Part shown: in pieces, positions 1-13,100 of the stretch | Layout: each line of letters begins with the position of its first letter | Numbering within the stretch: position 1 is the first letter of the stretch | Origin: Azolla caroliniana | Taxonomy: Eukaryota > Plantae > Polypodiophyta | Direction: 5' to 3' | Assembly: GCA_043228905.1 (NCBI GenBank) | Contig: JBHGNT010000020.1 | Span: 14,322,001 to 14,386,000 of the forward strand | Length of the DNA stretch: 64,000 nt | The notes under the pieces: generated by a model | What the model was told of the DNA's origin: nothing | Seen by the model: the letters and a program-made list of their open reading frames with translations, nothing else | The model's database searches: none | Program-made: the position numbers and the translations under genes

Positions 1-3000
1 ATCCTTTAATGGGTATATCATCAAGAAAGGCATGGTTATGTGAGGAATAAAATCTCGGAGAACTTTGTGCATACTATTCATCATGTGAGCGACTGAGTTG
101 GTCGCACCTTAAGGTAGGGTACACATTCGAAGTAATCCAATAGGAGCCCTAATGGAGGTGATATCCCAACTACGAACCGCAAGCTGGAACTGGTCATAGC
201 CGGAGTAGAGATCACCCATAGAGTAGATCGCCCTTCCAGCGAACATCTCTGCAAACTCATCTACTATTGGCCCTACTCCTGAATTCCGGATAGTAACTTG
301 ATTCATAGGTTGCATGTCTTGAATGAATCGAAGCCGCCCATCCTTGCTCGAGTATGGAGCGTTTGATGGTTCCAAGATGCCCATGTTCATTTTCTCTTTC
401 AGAAGCTCGATTAATTGCGGTATCCTTGCTCTTGGCACTGGGATTGGCGTCAGATTCCACGGAATGTGTGGGATCATGAAGATGACCATTGGTTCAACTA
501 CTTTCGGATTCACACATCCAATTTCTTCAGGGTTGAAGGAGAATGCTTTCCCATGCCGCCCTAGCATTTTTCTGAATTCTGCTTCTTCTATAGGTGTTAG
601 GAAGTCCTCCCCTCCAATTCTTAGTTCTTTAATTGTTTCTTCCGTGAACTTGTGCCCAATTCTCTTTGGATCCCGAAGAATTGGCTCAGTCGACACCTCC
701 TTCATTATCTTTTCATTGTCTTTTGGAAGTGGTGTTGCTGCTGGCCGGACCTTCTTCACCACCGTTTTGTACTTTGTGTTTATTTGAGCTTCTTCATTTT
801 GAACATACTCCTTGATGGTTTTGAATAGCTCGATGGAATTTACCACAACTTCAACTTCATCATCTTCCGTCATTAGAGACTCCAACTCTCCTACTGTATC
901 TTTAAAACAATATTCTTCAAATATATTCACTAATTTTTATTATGAATCAATCATACCTCCACCTTGTAATTCTTTTTCTATTTTTCGGAATTTCTTTCCT
1001 TTGAAATCTTCTATTATAGTTGTGCCATCTACCGACGCAACATATAATTTACCTTTATCTTCAATGCTATGAATGGGGCTTCTTACCTCCCTCGGGCCAT
1101 CACAACCCCTTTTTTGTAAGGGCCCGCTCTAGAAATCCTATACGAAATCCCCCACATCTCGTAGATTCTCCTTATTCCTCTCATGATTTGGTTTAACAGT
1201 AAGGAACTGTACCGACCTCTTCCCATCCTGGCTTCGAATCCTAGTAAACGCCGCTCCATTATCAATCACTTTAGTCTCCATCCACACTGTTGTGATGTAC
1301 GGTTGCCCTAGAATTATTGGTTAAAATGACTTCTCTTGGACGAAGAAGTTTTGATCTACTGACACGTCCCCAATTATAACTTTAATATTTGGGCATGCGC
1401 CACATAAATCCTCCACGACCTCAGTCATTGCTCTCACCTTCCAACCGTGGTTCCTTTCTATTGGCAATCTCTTGCGATTGTAAATATCAGACGATATGAT
1501 ATTGATCTCGGAGCCATGGTCGATGAGTGCCACACATGGTTCCATCTGATCTCCAATTCTGACTGGAACCTCGGTTGTCGCCCAAGCCTAGTGTGTGCGG
1601 GTGTAATGGGTTCGTTCCTCTTCATGACGACATTGTGTGTCAACACTCCGTACCCCGACTAACAATGCAGTCTCCATATCTTCATCTTCGTCCCGCATCA
1701 TGACGATATTTACTCCTCCAGTTTCTTCAACCACTTGTCTTTTCCTCTGAATCACATCAATGATCACTTCTCGGAGTGTTAACTCAACTTTACTATCGAG
1801 AATCCTTGATTCTAGCACTGCTTTAGGTCGGTGGATGTTTCGATGTTGGAGGCGAGTTTGAATGACGGGGCTATCTTTTGCTTACCTTTGTCTTCTTTCA
1901 TCGCCTCCACAACAACTCGTTTAGTTTCTCGTCTCTTTTGTTCTCGAGTCTCGGGTTTTCTAGAAGGTCCCGCTTCTTCAGTTCTCCTTCGTTTTTCTTC
2001 GACTGTCACCTCGTGGGCATTCACCCCTGCTATCTTGGCGATCCCAGTGAGTGAATCTATTGGGTCATTCCACCCAGTACTACTCCTTATCTCGTCACCA
2101 GCCTTTCGTAAGTCCTGTGGCTAGACTCTTTTGTCAGTAACAGACTTTATCACTTTTCCCCAAAATCCTGATCCAATAAGGGGATCATTGAACTTCAATC
2201 CGGAAGTAGTCGAAAAGTACATTGCTTGAACATTCTTCGACTCTTCGTCGTCCATCACTTTCTTCATCCCACCTTTGCCAAAGTTGGTTTTTAGGGGTTG
2301 TCGGGTCTTCGAGGAGTGGATTCTCCCATTTTGATATAAGATAACATTTCTTTCTAATGCTTCCTTATGGCTCTACCAATCCCTTTTTTGGTGCTCCTCG
2401 CTATCACACCATATGCATTGGTGGACGAATTCACCCTTTTCTCCTTCATTGGGCTTTTGTCGAACACCCGAGCTTTCACCCTTCTCAAGTTTTGTGAACT
2501 TGAGTTGTAGATCCTGCATTCCCTTTATCAGTTCATCAATTGCAGATTCTGGCTCCTTTCCTTTGCTATCATCCGTTCGAGTTCCTAATTCTTGTTTTGG
2601 ATGTTCTCTGGCTGTTGTCTTATTCTATTGTCATAGCCATCCTCCATCCTTAGTGCTCTCCTTCTTAGTACTTAACAAGCCTCGAGTACTTCCACCTAAT
2701 TGGACACCAAACCGGTTGTGCTTGTCCGGTCTTCAAGAAGGATGGTGATATCTTTCCTAAAAGATTTATCTGCCGCTCAGACGATTAAATCCACCTTCTT
2801 TGATTGTAGTAGTTCTCAGTCTCTTATCGAGAGCTCATTATATCTTTTCTCAAACTCTCTCAGCAATTCTGAGACTGAGAGTCCTTTACCCCCTTTCTCG
2901 GTCCATTCGAGAAAGTTTTTCTTTGACATTCTCGTCTGGTCGTCTAGTATATATTCATCAAGCAATGCTTGACGGAGCCCAGCCCAATCTTCACGGAATT

Positions 3001-3405
3001 TCTCTAATAATTATGTTACCCTTGCTCGGACATCAAGTGTGCAAACCCGGTTGATATGCGACACCATTTGTGCCCCAGTTGCCCCTCTAATGGCCATCTC
3101 GTATTCGTAGATCTCAAGGAACCGAGTGATGTCCTCGCCATTAAATTTGCTTATCCTTTCGATGACCGTTTGTACGACAAGCATTAACTCACTTTCCATC
3201 TGGTTCATTGCACTTTGCTCTTGAAGCATCCGATTCATTATCTTCATCATGAAACTTGTCATTTCTTCATTGAAGCCCTTATTTGCCATCTCTGTGTTGG
3301 CACCTTTATCCGCCATTTTCTTTGATTTTCTGACCTTCTCTTTGGAAAACTTTTAACTCTGAAACTCCCCTTGTCAACAACACTTCACGTCGGGTTCACC
3401 AATTT
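1..3405 (-). mobile_element. Ty3/Gypsy element A, internal region (gag-protease-RT), decayed; continues beyond the left window edge
   Basis: Gag fragment 3011-3316 (FNGEDITRFLEIYE), protease 1321-1545 (ALIDHGSEINII), RT 109-930 (DLYSGYDQF) and the FLDD motif near position 20. Multiple stops and frameshifts. Confidence 0.93.
3384..3401 (-). promoter_or_regulatory. Primer-binding site (PBS) complementary to the 3' end of tRNA-Trp (element A)
   Basis: TTCACGTCGGGTTCACCA on + matches the 3' 18 nt of plant tRNA-Trp(CCA). It lies 4 bp from the LTR start TG at 3406. The same motif occurs at 11042, 15716 and 35051. Confidence 0.85.
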
Positions 3406-4299
3406 TGTGATGATTGGGGTGAAAACACGTTGTTGTGTTGTTCCGCTTTCACGTAGGAAATAAGGCGGGACCGCGGGGGCCCTGAACTGAGGAGCAAGAG
3501 AGAGAAGAAGGCAGAGTGGGAGAAGACCGCAAGCGCAAGCCGGTTAGGCCCGTTTGCCACTGATAGCTCTTGTCGGCCAAATGAACCACTAATGCGTAAC
3601 TGAACAAGATGCACATTCGCGTAAAGAGAGACTCACAAAAACACAGAGAGAGGGAACACAAGAGTTTCGATTCCTATAACAGCAAAGGTTACACTGTTTG
3701 CAAGATTACAGCCAGATAGCCGGCCACAAACCCAACCCAGGCAATCACACACCTGCGCACACACCCAGTAGAGCCCTTGCCAGAAGCACACGGCTTTCCT
3801 TGAAGCAGAGGCAACCAACTCAGAAAGTTGTAGAAAACAACGGTAGAGGAGGAGAGAGCTCGGTTCCCAATCCGACAACACCTCATCCTTGCCAAAACGC
3901 GATATCTTTTCATCCATCTCCCCTTCCCTTTTATAGGACGTTGAGGAAGGACTGTTACATCCGGTCACATTACTTTTATTCTCTGTCCCTTCGGACAGAG
4001 ATCCGCTTCGATTCACTAGCCTATTAATTTATACTCCCTAGGATATACACATCACACTGGCCAATTCCTAGTTATGTACAACGTGTTGGTTTGAGTGCAC
4101 ACACGTAAGTGCCGTTTCAAGCGCCGAATTCCATGATTCCACATAAGGCCGGTTTTCTCCATGACATCCACCCTCACCAAACTACGCATCCTCCGGTATG
4201 TGCCAGAGAGGGACAAGTGTTGGAGAAACCCGACTTGTATTCACCCGTTGCTCTCCGAAACTTCACCTGCTCCGAACCGGTTGTCATCATCGTCCTCGC

Positions 4300-7200
4300 T
4301 TCCCGGGTCCGGCTCGTCTTCATGCCGCTTCTTGAAAGCCTTGATCCTCTTCCCGGCTACCGGCACCGCTATCCACGTCCTGTTGAACTCCACAAGGTGG
4401 TAAGTACCATTGTCATTTGCGCTCGTTACAATGTAGGGCCCGAACCACCTCCTCGCAAACTTTTGCGTCGCCTTGTGCTAATTGTCAAGGCTGCTGTCGT
4501 AAACCAACACCCAGTCACCTTCCTCAATCTTCTTCGGCCGTAGCCGGTGCGTTCGGTCGAACCGGCCTTTTTCCTTATCCTTGCTCCATGCAGCTTCGCC
4601 TTTGCCTGCTCCACGTCCTCCGGTCTTCGCTCAAGCTGACAAATCTGCACTGCCAGAAGCTCTTCCCGACTCATCTCGTCTCTCCAGTTCACCGCGTCCC
4701 ATGAGGAGATTGTCCGTTCAATCGGCATGACCGGCTTCTGCCCGTATATTAGCTCCGCTGGCATGAACCCGATTACCGAACTATGCATAGTTCGGTCTGC
4801 CCATAACGCATAAGGTAGAAGCCATGCCCAGTTCCCAACTTGTCCTCCGCATGCCCGCACCAACGCTTTTACGATCGTCCCGTGCCCGCGCTCCACCTTC
4901 CCGTTCGCCTTTGGATTGTACGCCGTAGTGAGGGATTGCTTAACCCCTAATCGGTCGAACAACTCTTTGGCTTCCTGCGCATCCAGCTCTCCCCGGTCAA
5001 CTACTATCTTTCCTACGCAACCGTACCGGCATACCACCTCTTCGATCAGGAACCGGCACACTGCCGCGGTCGTCTTGTTGTGTAGGGTGCGGCCCTCCAC
5101 CTGATTCGTCAAGTCCTCCTGCGCAAGCACCAGGTACTGCATCTGCCCTACCCCCATCAGCATCGTCACTAAGTCCACCATCCACTTGAAATGGACGGGT
5201 GGCGGGTAGGTCGGGTGTAGCTCGTCTCGATGTCGGATCGCGGAGTGCATTTGGCAGCTCTCGCACGTTCTTACGAACTGGTACACGTCTCGGTATAGCC
5301 CTAACAACCAATACTTCTCCTTTAGCTTTTTGAATGTGGCCCATGTCCCGCAGTGTCCTGCCCAAGGACTCTCGTGATGCGGCATCAACAACGCCTCTTG
5401 CTCTTCCTTCCCCCCCACTACGTGGAGTGGAATGCCGCCTCTCTTTTTTGGGAGCTTCCATATGTCCGCATCCCGTAGGAAGAATCGGTACGACTTCTTC
5501 CGGATTCAGTTAGCCTCTTCCTTCGTCCACGCTGTGTCCGACGCCAGTGTCCTCAAGAACCGGCCGATCTGGAGCCACTCCCCATCGTACTCCCCCTTGT
5601 TGAACTCGTTAAGCGTTGGAGTGATCCCTGCCTTCGTTGTCACGTAAGCGGACTTGAAGAAGTCCACGCCGACTTCTTTGTCCTCCGAAACCATGCCGTC
5701 CTCATCGTCATAGCATGCTTTAGAAAGCATGTCCGCCATGGTGTTGTCTTTCCCGGAAATGTGCTATATTTCCGGATTCAAGGACTTAATGTACACGATC
5801 CACCTGAGCATTGCCAGGTCCGGCGTCGTGCATCAGGAAACCATACCAAGGATCGACAGGCAGTCTGTCTCGATTATCACCTCTGTCCCGATCAAGTAGT
5901 CTTTATCGGCCTTGACTGCCGAAACGATACCCCAGAGTTCGCGTTTAACTTGGGTGTATCCTCGCTATCCCTCACTCAGCACCTTCGCTCCGAACTGGAA
6001 GGGCAACCTCGTGCTGCTTTCGTCCTCTTGGTTGACCACCCATCCTATGTCAGTCGGGCTCGTGTCTATCGTTATGTAGATTGGGACGTCATTGCCGTAA
6101 ACCGCTTTCCGGAGCGCCGATGCCACGGTTAGCGCCTCCTTCAGTCTACAAACCAACTCCGCATGCTCCTCGCCCACTCAAATTTACGCCTCTTCTTCAG
6201 CAACCCGTAGAGCGGGTCCGCGACGTGCGCGTAATGCGGAATCTAGATATGGTAGAACGTGCACGCACCCAAGAACCTCCGCACCTCCATAACCGACTTG
6301 CATTCTTCCTTCATTACGGAGATGGCCTCTACCTTCGTGAGAGACGGTTTCCAGCAGTAAGGCCCGCACAAGTGTTCGACCACTAGGATCTCCGGTTGCC
6401 CGAAATCCGACTTCTCTCCGGAGAAGGTGAGCCGCGCATCCTCTAGCCTTTGCAGCACCTTCTCGCAGTCGCCGATGTGGTGCACTATGAATCTTTGGCA
6501 TCCGTCCAACCCAATCGTTTCGTCCTTCTCTCCCACCAGACACCCCTTTATCAGTATTTCGTCCAAGAATGACATGGTGATGTCCGGGATGCAGTCCCTC
6601 AACACCTTGTTCATTGCGTTCACCATGTGCGCCACCGAGTTGGTCCCTCCTTGCAGCAGGGTACACATTCGTACTAGCCCGAGAGGAGTCTGCATCGTCG
6701 TAATGTCCCTACTTTCCACGACTAGTTGGAACTGATCGTACCCTGAGTACAGATCCCCAACCGAATAGATCGAGCTTCCAGTGAGGGCCTCTGTGAACTC
6801 GTCAATGGTCGGTCTGATACTTGTGTTTCGGATGGTCACCTTGTTGACCGGCTACAGGTCCTGAATGAAGTGCAGCGTGCCATTCTTCTTTGGCACAGTA
6901 AACTAGCGATTCAAATATGGGGCACTCGATGGCTCGAGAATCTGCCCATCTCCACCTTCTGCTTCAACAGCTCCATCAACTTCGGGATGTGAGCCCTGGG
7001 CACCGGAATCGGCTTGAGATTCCATGGCACATGCGGTACCGTGAAGATCACCATTGGTTCCACGATCTTTGGGTCTGCGCACTCGATCTCCCCCGGCGTG
7101 AATGCGAAGGCCCTCTCGTGCCTTTCGAGCATTCTCTGAAACCGGTCCTCCTCTGTCGGCAGTAGAAAGCCACCCCCGCCGACCTTGATCTCCCGTAGCA

Positions 7201-10200
7201 TTATGTCGGTGAACCAGTGTCCTATGCCGGCCAAATTCCATAAACTTGGGTCCGACGCGACCCCCTTTTTCCTCTCCCCGCTGCCCTCCGGCAAGGGTGC
7301 CGCGACTGGCCTCACCTTTCGGTCCATAGTCTTGTATTTTATATCTACGCAGGCCGTCCGATCCGACCTAACCCTTTCCTCGAAGTCGGCAATGACTTCG
7401 TACATCTCCACTGAGTTGACCGGAATCACCCGGTCTTCACTAAGGCCCTCATCGACCACCTTTCCCATTTCCCCTAGGGCGTCGTCGAAAGAGACCGCCT
7501 CCATGGTGTCGTGAAGATCCTTGACTACGTGCAGATTGTGAGGCCGAACCGCCGGGGTTCTGGACTGGAAGGATTCGAAGTTTGCACAAGCTTTAGCGAG
7601 AAAGTATTTAAGATAGATTGAAAGAGAGAGATTAAGATAAGATAGAACACTTGACTTTAGATTGAGAGAGAATAAGATTGAATTCTTGACTTTAGATTTG
7701 AAGAACAAGATTGATACATCAATTGGATAATGAGTTTCTTACTTTTAATTTCTTGATTAATACATCGCTCCCCCCTTTGATCTTTTTCACCCAGTCTTTT
7801 ATAGATGCTCCCATGCATATGATGCATGTGGGGGTACAAGACATGCATAAAATGCATGATGCATGTTTGCCATTTGGTGCTCATGCATTACATGTGATGC
7901 ATGATAACCATGTCACTCGTTTAAGCTCTCATATGAGAATTTCCATGTAAAAATATAATCCCTAAAGAAATGATTTGGCTTAATGTTAAGCTTGTTGCTT
8001 CTTATCTCGGAGGTGTAAAGTTCGAGTCTTGCTTACATCTTTTTCTTTTATGCACAAAATACTATTAGGCCTTTGGACCAAATATCTTTAAGACACCATG
8101 CACCGCAATCAACTGACCCGACCGATTCGTCCAATTTGCATCTGTTTGGTTCGGCCCAATCCGCATCCTGATACGGTTCGGTCCGCATCCCGAGTCACTT
8201 GTCGGTCACCAGCCGGTCGCTGGTTCTACCAGATGTCAGTCCTGTCGCCGGATGTCGGTCACCGGTTGCTGCCGGTTTTGGTTGGCCAAAACATTTAAAA
8301 GTAGGTAGGCCACACCCACTCATCCAATTAGCTTATTTCAAGTCACCTTGGACTCTCTATGTTCCACATAGAGACACAAAGATAATAGCTTTTGCTCTGC
8401 CTTATATATGGTAAGATCCTTATTTGTCCTGTCTATGTGGGATATCTCACAGTTTTATCTTTCTCTTTTCGTTTGCAAACTTTTCTACCCACATAACTTG
8501 AGACTTAGATGTCCGTTTCTTATGTAGTAAAGTGCATTCGAAAACTCTTGAAGACCTCCATCTTTTTGTACTAAGATATTAAACTTATTTAAAATAGTAT
8601 TTTCACTATTATTGTTTTATATGATTCATACTCGATTTCGTATCTTTTATGTGACTTTCACACCATTGCCGAAAATCTTCACGACAACGACGCTGCTAAT
8701 TTCTTCGTCGAGTTTGAGGACTCCGCACTCTTTGAAACGTTCCTCGTCCCTCTTCTTCTCCCGGCCACCGACGCCGACTATCGTACAACCTCTATTGTCG
8801 GAGACCCAAAACTTCCTACCTATAGTACACTTGTGGGGTTCTGTTGGAGTGTCCGGACTATCACGGTCCCACGCCTTGATAGCCCGCTCTAAAAATCCCA
8901 TCGGCTGTCGCCGTCGAGGGTCTCGCGGTTATGCTTATGGTTCGGTTGCACTATCAGACATTGGACGGAGTGTCACCCATCTTGGCCTTTTACGTGTGTG
9001 TATGTCGCACCATTATCCAACACCTTTGTCTCCATGCGTGTCGTCGTAATGTACGGTTCACCGAGTATCACCGCGTGCGAGGATGTCTCTTGCACGAAGA
9101 AGTGCTGATCAATCTCTACATCACCGATTTTCACACGTACATTCGGGTAGGCCCTGTGTAGCTCCTCCGTGGCGCGTGTCGCCGTGTGTATCGTCCACCC
9201 ATGCTTGGTGTTGATCAACCATTTTCCCTTCTTATAGAAGTCCATAGACATCAAGTTGATCTCCGACCCGTGGTCGATCAACGCCACTACTGGCTCCTCG
9301 ATGTCCCCAACCCGAACGGGGGTTTCCGTAGTAGCCCTCGCTCAACACAACTTCGAATAGTGGCTCGCCGCCAAATCGTCTTTCATGGCCACGTCCTCCA
9401 GGTGCGTTGTTTGCACCTCCACCGTCTTCTCTAGCTCCGGCTCCGGCTCCGGCTCCGGCTCCGTTGAGTGTCGTTTACGCTTCACCAAGTCCACGATGGA
9501 ATCGTGGAACTCCTTCTTGGCGATCTCGAGCACCTCCCTTAGCGACAAATCCACCTTGCTATTGAGAATCTGCTCCTCGAGGACCTTCCGCAGGTCCGTC
9601 GTCCTTTCGATTTCGGTGCCCAGCGGGTAACCGGTCGGCCTTGTTTTGTCTGCCATGCCGGAATTGCCGGCTTCATTCCTCTTCGGCCCGAACCGGGTCT
9701 TGTACCGATTCGGGGCCGTGGTCCCACCGGGCTTCCCTGCCCTCTTATCATCCACCAGAACATCGTAGTTCTGGCACGCGGCTTCCACGAAGCTGGTCTT
9801 CTCCTCTACCGTGTTGTCCCACCCGGTGACCTCCCGGACCCGCTGCTCCGCGCGGTTCGCTTCTTCCCTCTTCAATCATGCGCCGGAGAGGCCTTCTAGC
9901 ACCAAGGGCCAGAAGCCAGAGTCTTTTGTTTTCCGGACTTCGTTACCTCCTACTCGAATTCCGGCAAATGCCGAATAATGGACCACCTCTGCATGGTGCG
10001 CCTCCGCTTCTTCCATTAATTGCTTCATCCCGCCATGCCCGAAATTTGTCTCCACGGATCTCCGGGTATTACCAGCGTGCACCCGTCCGTTCCACAGGTA
10101 CACCATATTACCCCTGAGGGCCTCAACAAACTCCACACAATCTCGCTAGCTGTGTCTGACCGCGTTGCACCACATACACTGTTGTAAAACCGGTGGCCTT

Positions 10201-11018
10201 CGGTCGCGTCGCTGCCCTCCACTGTCTCTCCAGGCCTGCACGATCTACAGGTCGTGCACCATTTATGTCAGCTCCTCAAGAGCCACTCCTCCGGATGGGC
10301 CCTTGACCACACTAGTCGAGGCCGAGCCCATCTCGAGCCAATCCCGAGTTTCCTCCTTTTGTGCCGGCGAAAGCTCATCAAACTTCCTTGCCAGGACGGG
10401 TCTCGCCGTCAACGATCCCTCATCGCCCCACTCACGTCGTTTGTCAAAACGGTCGCAGACTCTCTTCACCATGGCCCAGTCGGTCGTCAGCCTGTCATTT
10501 GTCTCCAGCAGGAGACCCACCTGATCTGATATCCCACGTGTCCACGACTTTGACAAACAACAAGACACGGCTCTGTCCAATGTCGAAAGGCGCGCGAAGT
10601 GTTCTTTAAACTCCCGGAGAAGCGTTGGCACATTCCTCCCGTTTCCGGGGGTCTCCACCCAATCCAGGAAATCTCTCTTTGATAGCCGAAGCGCGTCATC
10701 GAGCCCGTACCTTTTGAGGAGCCGCCCCTCGAACTCTTCCCAGGTCCGGCATCCGGCCTGCACCTCGAGCACCTCCGCGTGCATGCCGAGTGTTGCAAGC
10801 TGAGGGAATCCGGCCAGCCGCCTGTCCTCCGAAATGTCCCTCATCACCATCTCGGCTCGATATGACACCGGATAGCTCATGGCGTTCTTCCCACTGAACT
10901 GGCCTATTGTGCCGACAATTGCTTCAATGGCCCTATCGAGGGCGCCCGTGCCCTCGCGACCACTTACTATCCGATCCATTGCTGCCACCATGGCTTCGGC
11001 GAGCTCCGATCCCCTCAT
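4300..11018 (-). pseudogene. gag-pol of element B: gag (10263-11018, 9342-10136), protease (8973-9287), RT (6243-7506), RNase H (5506-6177), integrase (about 4300-5418)
   Basis: ALIDHGSEINLM protease, DLYSGYDQF RT, H-H-C-C integrase zinc finger (HHESPWAGH...CESCQ), D-D-E core and GPY motif. Order RT-RH-INT is Gypsy. No chromodomain seen. Frameshifts and stops. Confidence 0.92.
7507..8686 (-). mobile_element. Gypsy solo LTR inserted into pol of element B (same family as 33331-36101)
   Basis: 12-bp terminal inverted repeat TGTCGTGAAGAT...ATCTTCACGACA; homologous to 35076-36101. Host protein resumes across it (ISSVV|MEAVSF). TSD is degraded (ATGG/ACGA). Confidence 0.88.
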
Positions 11019-11438
11019 CTTCGACTCCTCTGCCTCCTTGTTTCACGTCGGGTTCACCAAATGATGTCGCGTTGTTCCGCTTTCGCGTAGGAAATAAGGC
11101 GGGACCGCAGTGTCGCGAAGATTCGTGTGTGCGTGTGCTACTCGAGCGACCACCGGGGTCTCGGACTGGAGAGGATGTTTGCAGAATTATCGAAGAGATG
11201 ACGATCAATGTAAGATTAGATGAAATTGGTTTACTTGAGAAGAAGAAAGATTGTACACTTGAGAAGTAGAAAAATATGAAGAAGATAAAGAAAAATATAA
11301 TTATATTGATGATAATGGTGTTGGTGATATCACAATTGAGCCCCCCTTACACAAGCCCAACTGGAGGCTTTTATAGCTCTTTCCAATGTTGTGACATGCA
11401 CAAAACCATGGGCTAAAACCATGGTTTTGTGCACACGG

Positions 11439-12071
11439 TGTCTTGAAGAATACCGTCCCTTAGCGCAATCGGTGCATAGAGCGCGAGAACCGGCTCTTCA
11501 CGCCTGCGCGGCCTTTAATGTATATAATAGAGAATTAGGTACAAAGGTATATCCTAGGTAGTTAGATTCGGTAGGTAGGAAGTTAATGAGGGAAAAGACT
11601 CCCTGCTTGAAGCTATAAAAGAGAGGGAGACGCGGGGAGAAAGGGATCGCGCATTGAGGAGGACGAAGTGCTGTCGGACAGAAACCGAACGCTTCTCCTC
11701 TGTTCGTGCTCCATCGCTCTTCTCTGCAGGTTTTCAGGAGGCTCGCGCTGCTTCGAGGAACGCCCGTGTGCTTCCGGAAGCACCTCCATCCTATCCCCTT
11801 TCGTGCGCAGACGAGCAGGCATCGACATCTGTTCGCCGGCCTGTTCGGTTGTAACCGCTCGCGTGCTCTGTTGTTTATTTGTCATTCGTTAATATACAAA
11901 CATTCATGTCTCTCTGTCTCTGTGTCCATTCGTGTCTTCCGCGTTGACAGGCCGTGTCCCTGTGTTTCTTTGCTCATAACCGGGCGTCTCTCTCTTTCTC
12001 TCCCCCCCTTCTATCACCTGCTCTTCGGTTCAAGACCCCGGTGGTCCCGCCTCATTTCTCCACGCACGTGC
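11439..12071 (+). mobile_element. Truncated LTR (resembles the B LTR, opposite orientation) nested in LTR X
   Basis: Begins TGTCTTGAAG after ACGG; has TATAAAA at ~11614. Its 3' end (GGTCCCGCCTCATTTC) resembles the reverse complement of the B LTR start. Confidence 0.55.
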
Positions 12072-12609
12072 TGTCGTGACGATTTTCGGCTATGGTGTGA
12101 AACCGAGTGAGACGAATAAACCAAGGATGTGCAACACATGCACTTAGCAAATAAACGTAAGGCCTAGTGGCACTTGAGTTCATACAGAGAGGTGCAAGCA
12201 AGGTTTGAACATTGCCTTACCATTAGGACAACTATCATATAGTGTAGATTTTATGTATTTCCTTTTTATCTACGAATTATAGATGAAACAACCATAGAAA
12301 ACCATGTGCACAAAACCATGGGTTTAGAACCATGGTTTTGTGCACATGGTTTTCTATGGTTGTTTCATCTATAATTCGTAGATAAAAAGGAAATACATAA
12401 AATCTACACTATATGATAGTTGTCCTAATGGTAAGGCAATCATCTTGTATCTTAGAGGTGCAAGGTTCAAACCTTGCTTGCACCCCTTTGTATGAACTCA
12501 AGTGCCACTATGCCTTAGGTTTATTTGCTAAGTGCATGTGCAATGTTTGCACATCCTTGGTTTATTCGTCTCACTCGGTTTCACACCGTAGCCGAAAATC
12601 GTCACAACA
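12072..12609. repeat. About 540-bp inverted repeat with a perfect 111-bp inner stem and 8-nt loop
   Basis: 12211-12321 is the exact reverse complement of 12330-12440. Outer arms 12072-12210 and 12465-12609 differ by about 6 substitutions and a 6-bp indel. Confidence 0.95.
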
Positions 12610-13100
12610 GCGGGGCCTTGAACTGAGGAGCAAGAGAGAGAAGAAGGCGGAGCGCGAGAAGACTGCAAGCACAAGCCGGTTAGGCCCGTTTGCCATTGAC
12701 AGCGCTTGCCAACCGAATGAACCACTAACACGTAACTGAACAAGATGCACACTCGCATAAAGAGAGAGACACAAAAACACAGAGAGAGGGAACACAAGAG
12801 GTTCGATTCCTATAACATCAAAGGTTACACTGTTTGCAAGATTACAACTGGATAGCCAGCAACAGACCCAACCCAGACAATCACACACCAACGCACACAC
12901 CCAGTAGAGCCCTTGCCGAAAGCACACGGCTTTCCTCGAAGCAGAGGCAACCAACTCAGAAAGCTGCAGAAAACAACGGTAGAGGAGGAGAGAGCTCGGT
13001 TCCCAGTCTGAGAACACCTTGTCCTTGCCAAAACGCGATATCTTTTCATCCATCTCCCCTTCCCTTTTACAGGCCACCGAGGAAGGACCGTTACATCCGG

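Larger units (their letters stand above)
11111..12609 (-). mobile_element. Gypsy solo LTR (family X) inside the 5' LTR of B, with further nested LTR pieces
   Basis: Termini TGTCGCGAAG...GTCACAACA, TSD GCAG/GCGG. Homologous (inverted) to 40439-41102. Confidence 0.8.

Noticed and set aside
3633-4027. ORFs conserved between 3633-4027 and 12571-13203
   Set aside because: The conservation simply reflects the two LTRs of element B; no recognisable protein.
6911-7708. 265-aa ORF with a novel-looking hydrophobic N-terminus
   Set aside because: Chimeric read-through from the solo LTR (7507 onward) into element B pol. The same applies to ORFs 8647-8901, 15472-15888, 17258-17590 and 55967-56236.
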